Of a stretch of DNA of 64,000 nucleotides, positions 47,612-57,664 are shown piece by piece. The notes beneath the pieces were generated by a model. It searched no databases. It had not been told where the DNA came from and saw only the letters and a program-made list of their open reading frames with translations. The position numbers and the translations under genes were made by a program. The stretch spans positions 320,001-384,000 of the forward strand of contig OY761158.1 in assembly GCA_963664405.1 (NCBI GenBank), given 5' to 3'. Origin of the DNA: Thermoanaerobaculia bacterium. GTDB taxonomy: Bacteria > Acidobacteriota > Thermoanaerobaculia > Multivoradales > Multivoraceae. Every line of letters begins with the position of its first letter. Positions within the stretch are counted from its first letter, which is position 1.

Positions 47612-49271
47612 TGTGCCCCCTCAGCCGCGGCCAGCTCAGCCCCTTCGAGAGCGAGGGGGAATCGCACGACAAAGGTGCTTCCCCGGCCAGGCGCGCTCTC
47701 GACCACGATATCGCCGCCGTGTTCCTCGACAATGTGATGGACGATGGACAGGCCTAATCCGCTTCCGCGAACCTCCCGCACAAGGCCATTGCCCACCCGG
47801 TGAAAGCGGTCGAATATCTTCGCTTGCTCCTGTTTCGAGATCCCGACCCCGAAGTCCTGAACCAAGAGTCGAGCGAAGCCATCGTCCTCGTCGAGTCTGA
47901 GCCGGATCTCCCTACTGGTACCGGAGAACTTGAAGGCATTGTCCAAGAGGTTGGTCAACACCTGGGCGACCGCCTGCCGGTCCGCTCGCACCCATAGCGG
48001 CCCCGTAGGCCTCTCCTCCAGGACGACCTGGAAACCTGCCTCTCGAGCGCGGATCTCGAAGGTAGCGAGCACGTCGGCCACCGCGGCAGCAAAATCGACT
48101 TTCTCGAAGCGATAACTCCGTTCACCGGACTCGATGCTCGAGAAGTCGAGGATATTTCCGATCAGGTCTCCCAGTCGCCGACTCTCGGTCTCGATGTAGT
48201 CGCCGTACTCCCGGGCGCGCCCCCCGTCTTTCACCTTGCCGCGGCGCAGAAGCTCACCGAAGGCCTGGATGGAAGCTAGTGGGTTCGCAGCTCGTGAGAC
48301 ACGTTGGACACGAAATCGCTCTTCATCTCCGACAAGCGAACCTCACGAGCCGCAGTACGCAAGGTAAACACAGAGCCACCGATCAAGAGCACGCCGAGCA
48401 GGCCCGAAAGAGTGAGATTCAGCAAGAAATTGGTTCTCGCCCACTCTTCTGCACTCCCGCCATGCCTCTGGACCGCCACTCCCCAATCTTTGAAGATGAA
48501 CCCGAACGGCCTCGTCGCCGCCATCAAGACTTCGAGGTCTTCCTCGCCTCCGTCGGGGCGGCTGCTGGTGTAAAGAAGGTCGCCACCCCCGTCTTCGACC
48601 TGCACCATGAAATGGGTCAGCGGGTTCTCGGAAAAGAACTTCGGCAGCGATTTCTCGATAGCGGCTGGCAGAACGAGCTCTCGAAACTCGTCCGGGTCGA
48701 CGATCATGCCGGCGATCCCGACTACATGCCTGGCTTCATCCGTAATCGGGTTGAGAATCGTCCTCGTCCCGACGTTGCGCTCGTCGACGTGAAGGCCGCC
48801 GCTGCCGAGAATCGTCCCCTGCTGGGCGAGCATCAGCCAGGGTGCTGCGGCAACATGAACCGCCTGCACTTGCTCGTCGGGAGGCTCCCCCCAGCACTCG
48901 CAACGGGGGTCGAAGAACACCGTCCGCGCCTCCCCGCCCTCGGCCGGGTAGGCGATAAAGAGCCAGTTCGCGCCATCGAACACACGCTGGCGGAAGTACT
49001 TGAGTGCCTCGTCCAGATCGGGCTCGCCATCGAAGAGAGAGGGCGGCAGATTCAGCCCCCGCTCAGCAAGCGCCGAGTAGTGGTAACGAACCTCGCTGGT
49101 GACCGCCTCCAGATAGTTCTCCAAGGTAGCTCGCCGCGCGATCGCCGAGTCTTGCGCCAGGGTAGCCAGCCAGCGGAACTGAAAGCCCAAGAGAACGAGA
49201 AGAGGCCCAAGTACGGCAAAGAAGCCGATCCATAGGGCTGACCTTCTCGACAGTCTTCTCAGGCGCCGCAT
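47608..49271 (-). pseudogene. Sensor histidine kinase split by a 1-nt deletion in the H-box (pseudogene or assembly error)
   Basis: ORF ends 'SHELRTH*'. Adding one C to the C3 run (48281-48283) gives 'SHELRTPLASIQAFGELL', continuing into HATPase 'NLLDNAFKF..D.GVG..IFDRF..GSGLGL'. Confidence 0.85.
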
Positions 49272-49403
49272 CAGGCAAGGGGCCCCAACATCGCGAGACC
49301 CTTACCTAGAACTACGTAGCTCGGCCTAATACGTTTCCCAAGAGGTGAAGATCGCGGTGAGGAAAGCGCGGCATGCCTCTTGCCTCTGTCAGCAGCCGGC
49401 AGG

Positions 49404-49570
49404 CTAGTGTCCTGTAACAGTAGTTCGTCACACAACTCGCTGGCCCTTTCGCGCGCTGCCGTCGTTGCTCCTCCTCGACATATTCCCCAATATGCCTGCG
49501 TCGTAGCGCCTTGGCAGCACCCAAAATGACTGCGCGATTTATGCAACGAACCACTGTTACAGGACACTAG
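49404..49570. repeat. CTAG-bounded palindromic element, copy 2 (TIR type B)
   Basis: TIR CTAGTGTCCTGTAACAGT(A/G)GTTCGT; core CTCGACATATTCCCCAATATGCCTGC. Confidence 0.9.
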
Positions 49571-49745
49571 ACCAGCGTTTCCAGAGTTCGTGCTGCATAG
49601 CTCGAGCTCATTCTGTTCGCTGGCCAGGCGCGCCGACGCAGGCATATTGGGCAATATGTCGAGGAGCGCGGGGGCGCCTAGCCAACGCCGGCAGCGGGCA
49701 GAAGGGGCCGAGATATGTGCGCGAACTTTGGGAACGCTGGTCTAG
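49567..49745. repeat. CTAG-bounded palindromic element, copy 3 (TIR type A, inverted relative to copy 1); shares a CTAG with copy 2
   Basis: TIR CTAGACCAGCGTT(T/C)CCA(G/A)AGTTCG; core GCAGGCATATTGGGCAATATGTCGAG. Confidence 0.9.
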
Positions 49746-49799
49746 AATCATCTCGAGACCAGTCGGCGCGACTGCGAGGAACGGTCTCAGGAGGCGACG

Positions 49800-51173
49800 A
49801 TGTCTATCGAATCAGGCTCGCATTCGACCCCCTTCCGCCATCACTCTTTCGACAGGCGGACCAGATACCTGCTGTTTGCGGTGGCGCTGCTCCCTCTTCT
49901 TGCCGACCCAGCGCCGTTGCAGGGAGCGGAAGAAGTTCCCATCATGATTCCAGCCCCGGCTCCCGGAGATCAATACTGGCCTCGCTGGAGAGGCCCTTCC
50001 GGCCAGGGCCTGGTCAAGGGCAGTGGCTACCCCGATCGGTGGTCCGCGACCGAGAATGTGCTGTGGAAGGTGGAGGTGCCGGGCCGCGGACACTCCTCAC
50101 CAATCATCTGGGGCCGGCATCTCTTTCTCACCACCTCCTACGAGCAGGGCCGGCGGCGTTCGATGCTCGCCTTCGATCGCAGCAACGGGCGTCTGATGTG
50201 GGAGAGCTTCGTACCCCAGACAGGCCCCTCGAGAATCCACAGCAAGAACAGCTATGCCTCGAGTACGCCGCTAACCGATGGCGAACGCATCATCGGCTAC
50301 TTTGGGAACGATGGCCTGGCCGCGTTCGATTTCGACGGAAAGCTGCTCTGGCATCAGAGCTTCGGCGACGTCCCCACCCGTCACGGCACCGCCGGCTCAC
50401 CCCTCTTGTACGAGGATCGAGTGATCCTCTACCAGGACCACAACGGCCCGAAGGGCTCCTTCATCGCCGCTTATGCGAAGGAAACGGGTAAGCAGCTGTG
50501 GCTGACCCCTCGACGGGAGACGGTCGGTTGGGGAAGCCCGGTCGCAGTGCGCCTGGCCGACCACGACGAGATCATCGTCAGCGGGCAGCGAGCGGTCTAT
50601 GGCTACGCTCCCTCAACGGGCGCCGAGCTCTGGACTGTGAAGGGCAACCTCAGCGAGGTGACGCCGACGCCGGTAGTTGGCGCAGGACTGGTCTTCTCGA
50701 CTTCCGGCCGGGCCGGTCCAACACTCGCCATCCGCCCCGGCGGTCGTGGCAACGTCACCAGCACCCATATCGCCTGGAGCACCACTAAGGGATCTCCATT
50801 CATTCCGTCGCCGCTGATTTACCAGGACCGCCTCTATACGATCAACGACATGGCCAGTGTCGCAACCTGCTATCGCGCTAGCGACGGTGAGCTGCTATGG
50901 CAGGGCCGACTGGGAGAGGCTCGCCGAGAGAGCTTCTCGGCCTCCCCGATCGCGGTCGACGGAAAGGTCTTCCTGACCAATGACGAAGGCGACACCTTCG
51001 TTCTGCGCGCCGGCGACGATTTCGAGCTCCTTCACACCAACAGCCTCGACGAGGTGACTCTCGCCTCGCCGGCACTGGTAGACGGCCAATGGTTTTTCCG
51101 CACCGCTCGCCAACTCCTTTGTATCGGCGAGGCGAAGAAAAGGGCCCTAGGGGCCACGGCAGCGGCTCGATAG
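49800..51173 (+). CDS. Secreted PQQ-like beta-propeller repeat protein
   Basis: 'YWPRWRGP', 'GHSSPIIWG', 'NSYASSTP.TDG', 'FSASPI'; GGAGG RBS. Confidence 0.87.
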   Translation: MSIESGSHSTPFRHHSFDRRTRYLLFAVALLPLLADPAPLQGAEEVPIMIPAPAPGDQYWPRWRGPSGQGLVKGSGYPDRWSATENVLWKVEVPGRGHSSPIIWGRHLFLTTSYEQGRRRSMLAFDRSNGRLMWESFVPQTGPSRIHSKNSYASSTPLTDGERIIGYFGNDGLAAFDFDGKLLWHQSFGDVPTRHGTAGSPLLYEDRVILYQDHNGPKGSFIAAYAKETGKQLWLTPRRETVGWGSPVAVRLADHDEIIVSGQRAVYGYAPSTGAELWTVKGNLSEVTPTPVVGAGLVFSTSGRAGPTLAIRPGGRGNVTSTHIAWSTTKGSPFIPSPLIYQDRLYTINDMASVATCYRASDGELLWQGRLGEARRESFSASPIAVDGKVFLTNDEGDTFVLRAGDDFELLHTNSLDEVTLASPALVDGQWFFRTARQLLCIGEAKKRALGATAAAR

Positions 51174-51189
51174 GCCTGGGCCGCCCTCC

Positions 51190-53055
51190 ATGTTCGGCCC
51201 ACACGAGCTACTAGCGCCGCCACCGCAGCGCTGTCGCGTCTCCGAAGAGGCGCTAGCTCTACCTCGACACATCGCCTACTCGCCGCTTCCCGAGGAGGCG
51301 GCTGCGCCCCTCGAGAGGCTCGATCGCGCTCTTCGGCGCGTCGGCTCCGAGCTCTCATCCGCCTCCACGACCCAAGAGCCGTTTCTTCGCTGTGAGAGCG
51401 GAGCTGAAGGACTTCCGGCGCAGGGTTACAGGCTAAGGGTGGGTCCATCCGGAATCGACATCGCGGCTCGGGATCGTCCGGGCCTCCACTACGCGATCTC
51501 CACCCTTGCGCAGTGGTGCCGACTCCACGAGGGCCGCGCGGCGCCGTCCCTTGGAGCCCTCGAGATCGAGGACGCGCCTGACATCGAGAACCGCGGCGTG
51601 ATGCTAGACATCAGTCGCAACAAGGTACCGAGGCTCGAGACCCTATTCGACCTCGTCGACCTCCTAGCCGGCTGGAAGATCAACCAGCTCCAGCTCTACA
51701 CCGAGCACACCTTCGAGTACCGCGGACACGAGGCAGTTTGGCGCCATGCCAGCCCGCTCACGCCTGACGACATCCGCGCCCTCGACGCCCACTGTAGGGC
51801 TCGCTGCATAGAGCTCGTTCCCAACCAAAACAGCCTCGGACACATGCATCGCTGGCTGGTACATGAGCCCTATCGTCAGCTTGCGGAGTGCCCCGAGGGT
51901 ATCGAGCACCCCTTCAGCAAGGTTCGCGAGCCCTTCAGCCTGTGTCCGACCGACCCCGGCTCTCTGGCGCTCCTTGACGACCTCTACGCTCAGCTCCTTC
52001 CCTGCTTCACCAGTGATCTCTTCAACGTCGGCCTCGACGAGACTTTCGACCTGGGTAAAGGACGCTCCGGGGAGCCTTGCGGCGAGCTGGGCGGGGCGCG
52101 TGTCTATCTCGACTTCCTGCGCGCTGTCCATCAACGCGTGGAGGCTCATGGCAGAAGGATGATGTTCTGGGGAGACGTCATCCTCGACCACCCCGAGCTG
52201 GTCTCCGAGCTCCCGAAACGGGCGGTCGCTCTGCTCTGGGGCTATGAGGCGACCCACCCCTTCGCCGAGCAAGCCGCGATCCTGGCAGCTTCGCCTTTAG
52301 ACTTTTATCTATGCCCCGGCACCAGCAGCTGGCGAAGCTTTTCGGGGCGCTGGCGGAATGCGGTTCTCAACCTCGGAGCCGGCGCCACCGCCGCCCATGA
52401 TCACGGCGCCCTCGGCTACCTGATCACGGACTGGGGAGATAACGGCCACCTTCAAGTACTCCCGATCAGCTATGCGGGCTTTCTGGCCGGTGCTTGCTTT
52501 GCCTGGAGAATCCAGAGCGCAAGAGCGCCACTCGAGTTACCGTTGGCGCGCCTACTCGACCTTCATGCCTTCGACGGCCTCAGCCTCGGCGCCGTCACCG
52601 AAGCTCTCGGCAACGCCTACCTCGAGAGCGGCGCCGAGCTGCTGAACGGTACCGCGCTATTCCATCTGTTGATGTCGGCCGATTCTCCGTTCTCCGACCG
52701 AGGTCTCGACAAGCTGGACCCGAAAGCTCTGGCAAGAACCGCCGAGTCGCTGCAGGCTCAACTCGAGCTCCTGCGCGAGCTCAGCCCGACCGGCGCGGAG
52801 GACACCCGAGTCCGGGATGAGCTGACATGGACCGCGGAGGCACTCCTCCTTGCCTGCGATCTAGGGCTCGAGCGCCTGGCTAGGCCGGAGGCGCGCCTGG
52901 CGGAACTGGGGCGCGACACGCGCGTGGCGCTAGCTCAGCGAGTCGAGGGTCTCGTCGAGCGGCGACGCAAGCTATGGTTGGCTCGAAACCGTCCCGGCGG
53001 AATGGAGGACTCCCTCGCACTTCTAGGGAGCCTGCTCGAGCTGCTCGCGCTCTAG
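51190..53055 (+). CDS. GH20-family beta-N-acetylhexosaminidase-like protein
   Basis: 'QGYRL', 'IEDAPD..RGVMLDISR', 'PNQNSLGH', catalytic 'GLDE', 'TDWGD.GH'. Confidence 0.85.
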   Translation: MFGPHELLAPPPQRCRVSEEALALPRHIAYSPLPEEAAAPLERLDRALRRVGSELSSASTTQEPFLRCESGAEGLPAQGYRLRVGPSGIDIAARDRPGLHYAISTLAQWCRLHEGRAAPSLGALEIEDAPDIENRGVMLDISRNKVPRLETLFDLVDLLAGWKINQLQLYTEHTFEYRGHEAVWRHASPLTPDDIRALDAHCRARCIELVPNQNSLGHMHRWLVHEPYRQLAECPEGIEHPFSKVREPFSLCPTDPGSLALLDDLYAQLLPCFTSDLFNVGLDETFDLGKGRSGEPCGELGGARVYLDFLRAVHQRVEAHGRRMMFWGDVILDHPELVSELPKRAVALLWGYEATHPFAEQAAILAASPLDFYLCPGTSSWRSFSGRWRNAVLNLGAGATAAHDHGALGYLITDWGDNGHLQVLPISYAGFLAGACFAWRIQSARAPLELPLARLLDLHAFDGLSLGAVTEALGNAYLESGAELLNGTALFHLLMSADSPFSDRGLDKLDPKALARTAESLQAQLELLRELSPTGAEDTRVRDELTWTAEALLLACDLGLERLARPEARLAELGRDTRVALAQRVEGLVERRRKLWLARNRPGGMEDSLALLGSLLELLAL

Positions 53056-53217
53056 TGTTGTGTCTCCGACATGGCTTGCCAAGAGCTCGAGATCATTTTA
53101 TTCGCTGTCAAGGAGCGACGAGGCAGGCATATTGGGAATATGTCGACGAGTCGCGACGACGGCAGCGGGCAAAAGGGGCCGAGATATTGGTAAGCCATGT
53201 CGGAGACACGGCACTAA
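53052..53217. repeat. Palindromic element, copy 4 (TIR type C; CTAG...CTAA)
   Basis: TIR TAGTG(TT/CC)GTGTCTCCGACATGGCTT(G/A)CCAA; core GCAGGCATATTGGGAATATGTCGAC; lies between convergent genes. Confidence 0.88.
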
Positions 53218-53225
53218 CAGGGTCG

Positions 53226-54290
53226 TCAGGGCGTGAAGTCGCGATCGGCCGCCATCGAGCTCACGAACGCGGAGAGCAGCCGCGCGGCCGCATCGAGGTC
53301 GTCGAGTGAGATCATTTCGACGGGAGTATGCATGTAGCGATTCGGGATGCCGAGGGCCGCGGTCACCACCCCCGCGCGCGTGAGCTGGAGTACGTTGGCA
53401 TCGTTGGGAGTCCCCCTTGGCGCGCCTTTGTGCTGCAGCGGAATATCCTCCTTCTCCGCCACGGTGCACAGGAGGTCCCACAGGCGCGGGTTGATATTCG
53501 GCCCCCGGAAGAGTACTGGCCCCTTGCCCAGCTCCACTTCGCCATGCTCGCGACGATCTATCGTCGGGCAATCGGTGGCGTGAGTGACGTCGACTCCGAT
53601 TCCGATGTCCGGGTCGATACCATAGGCCGCCGTGGTGGCGCCGCGCAGGCCGACCTCCTCCTGAACGGCCGAAACCACGAAGAGGGAACCGTCGAAGCGG
53701 GCCTTGGCCAGACGACGAAGGGTCTCGCAGACGACGAAGAGGCCGGCGGTATTGTCCATCTTGGGTCCGGCAAGCCTCCGATTCGGGAGGTCCACCGAAC
53801 CGAGGCGGAGGGTCACCGGATCTCCGATGCGCACACTCTCACGCGCCTCTTCCGCCGAGACCGCGCCGATGTCTATCCACAGATCGGAGATCTTGGTCGC
53901 CTTCCTCGCTTCCTCGGCGGAGAGAAGGTGTTTCGGCTTGCGGCCGATGACACCCGCTAGCGCCCCTGCGCCGCTCCACACCACGACGGCTTGGCCCAAC
54001 AAGATGGGCAGGTCCCATCCTCCTATCGGCTGCACGTAGAGGAAACCGTGTTTATCGATGTGTTGCACCATGAGACCGATCTGATCGCAATGGCCATCCA
54101 GAAGGATTCTCGGTCGCCCGCCCGCGTTGAGGGTCGCGATCACGTTGCCATGAACATCGGTGCACACCTCATCCGCGTACTCGTCCATCCAACGACGGAC
54201 TATGGCCTGCGCCTGCTCTTCGTACCCCGAGGGGCTAGCGGTATTGAGTAGCTCGTCCAGCAACTGTCTCGATTCTTGCTCGATCGTCAT
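53226..54290 (-). CDS. M42-family metallopeptidase
   Basis: 'SPSGYE', 'GHCDQIG', 'PIGGWD', 'MDN', 'VQEEVGLRGA', 'VDVTHA', 'RYMHTPVE'. Confidence 0.92.
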   Translation of the reverse strand: MTIEQESRQLLDELLNTASPSGYEEQAQAIVRRWMDEYADEVCTDVHGNVIATLNAGGRPRILLDGHCDQIGLMVQHIDKHGFLYVQPIGGWDLPILLGQAVVVWSGAGALAGVIGRKPKHLLSAEEARKATKISDLWIDIGAVSAEEARESVRIGDPVTLRLGSVDLPNRRLAGPKMDNTAGLFVVCETLRRLAKARFDGSLFVVSAVQEEVGLRGATTAAYGIDPDIGIGVDVTHATDCPTIDRREHGEVELGKGPVLFRGPNINPRLWDLLCTVAEKEDIPLQHKGAPRGTPNDANVLQLTRAGVVTAALGIPNRYMHTPVEMISLDDLDAAARLLSAFVSSMAADRDFTP

Positions 54291-55264
54291 CCCCAAAGCT
54301 CCCTAGGTGGTGGTGAAAGGACGCCGCGGTCGTAGCGAAGACACGGCAGCCGATCCTCCGCAAGTAAGAGCGGACCGTCTAGATCGACAAACTCGCAATT
54401 CTGCCCGATCAGAGAAGCGGGCGCCATCGCCAACGACGTACCAAGCATGCAACCCACCATCAGGCGAAGCCCCCGGCTCTGTGCATCTTCAGCGAGAGCA
54501 AGAGCCTCGGTCAGGCCCCCGGTCTTGTCGAGCTTTATGTTGATGAACTGGTAGCGGCCCTCGACCGCATCCAGCGAGCCGCGATCCAGGCAGGACTCAT
54601 CGGCCGCCACCGGTAAGGGGAGGCGGAGAGAATCGAGCGCAGCGTCTTCCCCAGCGGGCAGAGGTTGCTCGATGAGCTCGACACCGAGTGCGTCGAGACG
54701 CTCCGCCGCATCCTCCAGGATATCGGCGGTCCAGGCCTCGTTCGCATCGACGATGATTCGACTCTGCGGAGCGGCCTCACGCACAGCGCGCACTCGGGCG
54801 ACGCTCCCCTCTCGGCCGAGCTTGACCTTCAACAACGGGCGATCCGCGACACCCCCCGCCTGCTCAGCCATCAGCGCAGGCTCGTCGAGGCTGATGGTGT
54901 AAGCGGTGACGATCTCCCTCAGACCGTCGAGACCTGCGAGTCGCCACGCCGGAACATCCTCGCGCTTCGACTGCAGATCCCAGAGGGCGCAGTCGAGGGC
55001 ATTGCGAGCGGCGCCCGCACCGAGAAGCTCCTGGAGCTGGTCTCGATCGAGCCCGCCCTCGACCCGCGGACGCAAGTCCTCCAACTCGGTCCTGGAGCGC
55101 TCGATCGTCTCGCCAGAGATTCGGAATGGGCAAGCTTCGCCCCGCCCGACGAGCCCGTCCTCCTCGACCTCGACAACAAGCACTTCAACAGAGGTCACAG
55201 CACCTCGGGAGATCCGAAATACGCCTGCAACCGGCCATATCTCTTGCGACAATGTCAGCTTCAC
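54287..55264 (-). CDS. dgcA: N-acetyl-D-Glu racemase DgcA / L-Ala-D/L-Glu epimerase (enolase superfamily)
   Basis: 'FRISRG', 'AARNALDCALWDL', 'KVK', 'DANE', 'EQP', 'ADES', 'KLDKTGG', 'DLDG'; coupled to a DUF1611 gene. Confidence 0.82.
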   Translation of the reverse strand: MKLTLSQEIWPVAGVFRISRGAVTSVEVLVVEVEEDGLVGRGEACPFRISGETIERSRTELEDLRPRVEGGLDRDQLQELLGAGAARNALDCALWDLQSKREDVPAWRLAGLDGLREIVTAYTISLDEPALMAEQAGGVADRPLLKVKLGREGSVARVRAVREAAPQSRIIVDANEAWTADILEDAAERLDALGVELIEQPLPAGEDAALDSLRLPLPVAADESCLDRGSLDAVEGRYQFINIKLDKTGGLTEALALAEDAQSRGLRLMVGCMLGTSLAMAPASLIGQNCEFVDLDGPLLLAEDRLPCLRYDRGVLSPPPRELWG

Positions 55265-56265
55265 GAAGTCTCCAAGCGATCTACCAGCGCGGCCACGCCG
55301 GTCCTGATCGGGTCCACACAGGGTAAGTCGAGTCTACGGCCGATTTCGTCGAGAAGGTTCTCGGCCGCGGCCGTGCTCATCCCCTCGGTGTTGACAGAGA
55401 TACCGACGCACTCTGCCTTGGGGTTGGTGAGACGCGCCGCCTCCACATTGCGGGTAGCGCACTCACCAAGGCTCGGCAGGCCGAACTTCTCGAACCCGTG
55501 GACTCGTTCGCGACCGGCTCGGTGGCAGAGCACCAGAGCATCCGGCTGACTACCATGGATGAGGCCGAGAGTGACTCCAGCATAGCCGGGGTGAAAGAGA
55601 GACCCCTGGCCTTCGATTACATCCCAATGGTCGGGATCATTCTCCGGTGATAGCCACTCGGCGGCTCCCGAAACGAAGTCCGAAACGACGGCGTCCACCG
55701 AGACTCCTCCGCCCGCGATCAGAATGCCGGTCTGCCCCGTTCCCCGAAAGTTCGAGCTCATTCCTCGCCTACGCATCTCTCTGTCGATCGCGAGCGCGGA
55801 ATACATCTTGCCGACCGAACAGTCGGTGCCAACGGTTAGAAGACGCTTGCCCGCACGCCTCTCCCCGGTGCCAACCGGAAAGGTGCGCCCAGGGTTTCGG
55901 ACGTCGAAGAGGCGGCGGCCGTAGCGCTCGGCAACAGTCCGCACCGACTCCAGATCGCGCAATCGTGCGTGCAGTCCGGAGGCTACATCGAGACCGCAGC
56001 GCAGGGCGTCGACGACTGAGCTCTGCCAGTGCTCCGGAATGACCCCGCCCACGTTTGCGACACCGACCACCATGGTTCTGGCACCCAGATCACTGGCCTC
56101 GGCGGGAGTGAGCTCGGGCAGACCGAGATCCGAGCCGACGCCGCCGATGCGTAGTTGACCGATGCACGCCTCGGGGCACCAATGGGCGAGGCCACGAGCC
56201 GTTTTGGCGAGAGCCGAGCTCTCCTCGTCTCCCAAGAAAAGGAGGTAGGGGGTAAGGATCTCCAT
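55261..56265 (-). CDS. dgcN: DUF1611 protein / D-Glu N-acetyltransferase DgcN
   Basis: 'PYLLFLGD', 'AKTA.GL', 'SGLH', 'VGTDCSVGKM', 'GTGQTGI', 'EGQGSLFHP', 'HGSQPD'. Confidence 0.82.
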   Translation of the reverse strand: MEILTPYLLFLGDEESSALAKTARGLAHWCPEACIGQLRIGGVGSDLGLPELTPAEASDLGARTMVVGVANVGGVIPEHWQSSVVDALRCGLDVASGLHARLRDLESVRTVAERYGRRLFDVRNPGRTFPVGTGERRAGKRLLTVGTDCSVGKMYSALAIDREMRRRGMSSNFRGTGQTGILIAGGGVSVDAVVSDFVSGAAEWLSPENDPDHWDVIEGQGSLFHPGYAGVTLGLIHGSQPDALVLCHRAGRERVHGFEKFGLPSLGECATRNVEAARLTNPKAECVGISVNTEGMSTAAAENLLDEIGRRLDLPCVDPIRTGVAALVDRLETS

Positions 56266-56299
56266 GCTCTTGCGCGGCAGGCGAGTATACAGTCTGGCG

Positions 56300-57664
56300 A
56301 TGGCCGCAGCTCCGATGTCCAGACTCACGACCCTCTCTCTCGCCGCGGGACTCCTCTTAGGCTGTTCGCCACAGCCCCCTGTTTCACCACCACCTCAGAA
56401 CGTCATTCTGCTCTTGGTCGACACGCTTCGAGCAGACCACCTCGGCACCTACGGATACTCTCGCTCGACAAGCCCGGGTCTCGACAGGCTCGCCGAGAAC
56501 ATGGTGGTCTTCGAGAATGCTCTGAGCCAGGCCGCCTGTACCTTTCCGTCGGTCAATTCCATCTTCACTTCGCGCTATCCCGCCAGTTTCAGGCCCTCTT
56601 CGCCGGGGGATTGGAGCATTCCGGCGAGTCTCGCCACCTTGCCCGAGATTCTGCTCGAGAGGGGCTACTCGACGATAGCCATCTCTGCCAGTCCCGTGGT
56701 CCGACGAACACCTTCCCATCACAACACCACCGGCGGCTACGATCGAGGTTTCTCGGTATTCGACGAGACCTGCCTCGGCAAAGACGCGAGCTGTATCGGT
56801 CAGCGGGCCCGCCATCTGCTGACCGAGCCGGACGCTCCGGTCTTTCTCTACCTCCACTATATGGAGCCGCACAACCCCTACCAGCCTCCCCCCCATCATC
56901 GGCGCCGCTTCGCCACCGCCTCGAGGCCAACGCCTTTCATTCGACGTGGGAATCTGGGGCCGATCAGCCGAATGCTCTATCTCGGCGGCGACGCGGTCGA
57001 TGTAGGAGCCGAGGATCGGCGCCACCTCGTGGACCTCTACGACGACGAGATCTCTTATCTCGACAGCTCTGTGACCGCACTGCTCCAAGACATCGATCGT
57101 ACACTCGACCCCGCCGAAACGATCCTGGTCATCGCCTCTGACCATGGTGAAGAGCTCTTCGACCACGGTGAGGTGAGTCACTGCCGCGATCTTGCCTGGC
57201 AGAGCGTCCTCCATGTGCCGCTGGCCTTTCGCATTCCGCGCGTCTCCGGCCGGCGACGAAGCTCACCCGTCGAGAACCTCGACATCGTTCCCACCATCCT
57301 CGACTATCTTCGCTTCCCCTCGTCGGCCCTCGCGCTCGAGGGCCGGAGCCTGCGCCCTCTGATCGAGGGTAACGAGGCCGTCCACCAATATGTCTTTGCC
57401 GCTCAGGGGCGTTATCGCGTGGTCAGTGACGGCCGCTTCAAGCTGCGCCTTGACCTCGCTACCCAAGCGCAGTCTCTCTACGACCTGGAGGCGGACCCCG
57501 GCGAGATCAACGACCTCAGCGGCCAGGGCAGAGACCATGAGGATCTCTTGTCGGAGGCGCTACGGCAGTGGCTTGGTGGCCAAGAGCAGCTCGGCGCGAC
57601 GGCCGATGCGCTCGAGCAGGCCAGAGAGACGCAGCGCCAGCTCGACGCCCTCGGCTACCTTTAG
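56300..57664 (+). CDS. Sulfatase-like (alkaline phosphatase superfamily) lipoprotein
   Basis: Lipobox 'LLGC'; 'VDTLRADHL..YGY', 'TFPSVNSIFT', 'HYMEPH.PY', 'YDDEI..LD', 'SDHGE', 'LYDL..DPGE'. Confidence 0.85.
   Translation: MAAAPMSRLTTLSLAAGLLLGCSPQPPVSPPPQNVILLLVDTLRADHLGTYGYSRSTSPGLDRLAENMVVFENALSQAACTFPSVNSIFTSRYPASFRPSSPGDWSIPASLATLPEILLERGYSTIAISASPVVRRTPSHHNTTGGYDRGFSVFDETCLGKDASCIGQRARHLLTEPDAPVFLYLHYMEPHNPYQPPPHHRRRFATASRPTPFIRRGNLGPISRMLYLGGDAVDVGAEDRRHLVDLYDDEISYLDSSVTALLQDIDRTLDPAETILVIASDHGEELFDHGEVSHCRDLAWQSVLHVPLAFRIPRVSGRRRSSPVENLDIVPTILDYLRFPSSALALEGRSLRPLIEGNEAVHQYVFAAQGRYRVVSDGRFKLRLDLATQAQSLYDLEADPGEINDLSGQGRDHEDLLSEALRQWLGGQEQLGATADALEQARETQRQLDALGYL

Noticed and set aside
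39012-53309. ORFs sharing 'QAYW(A/G/E)' peptides (39012..39440, 49271..49654, 52974..53309)
   Set aside because: The similarity comes from reading through the palindromic element core; there is no independent coding evidence.
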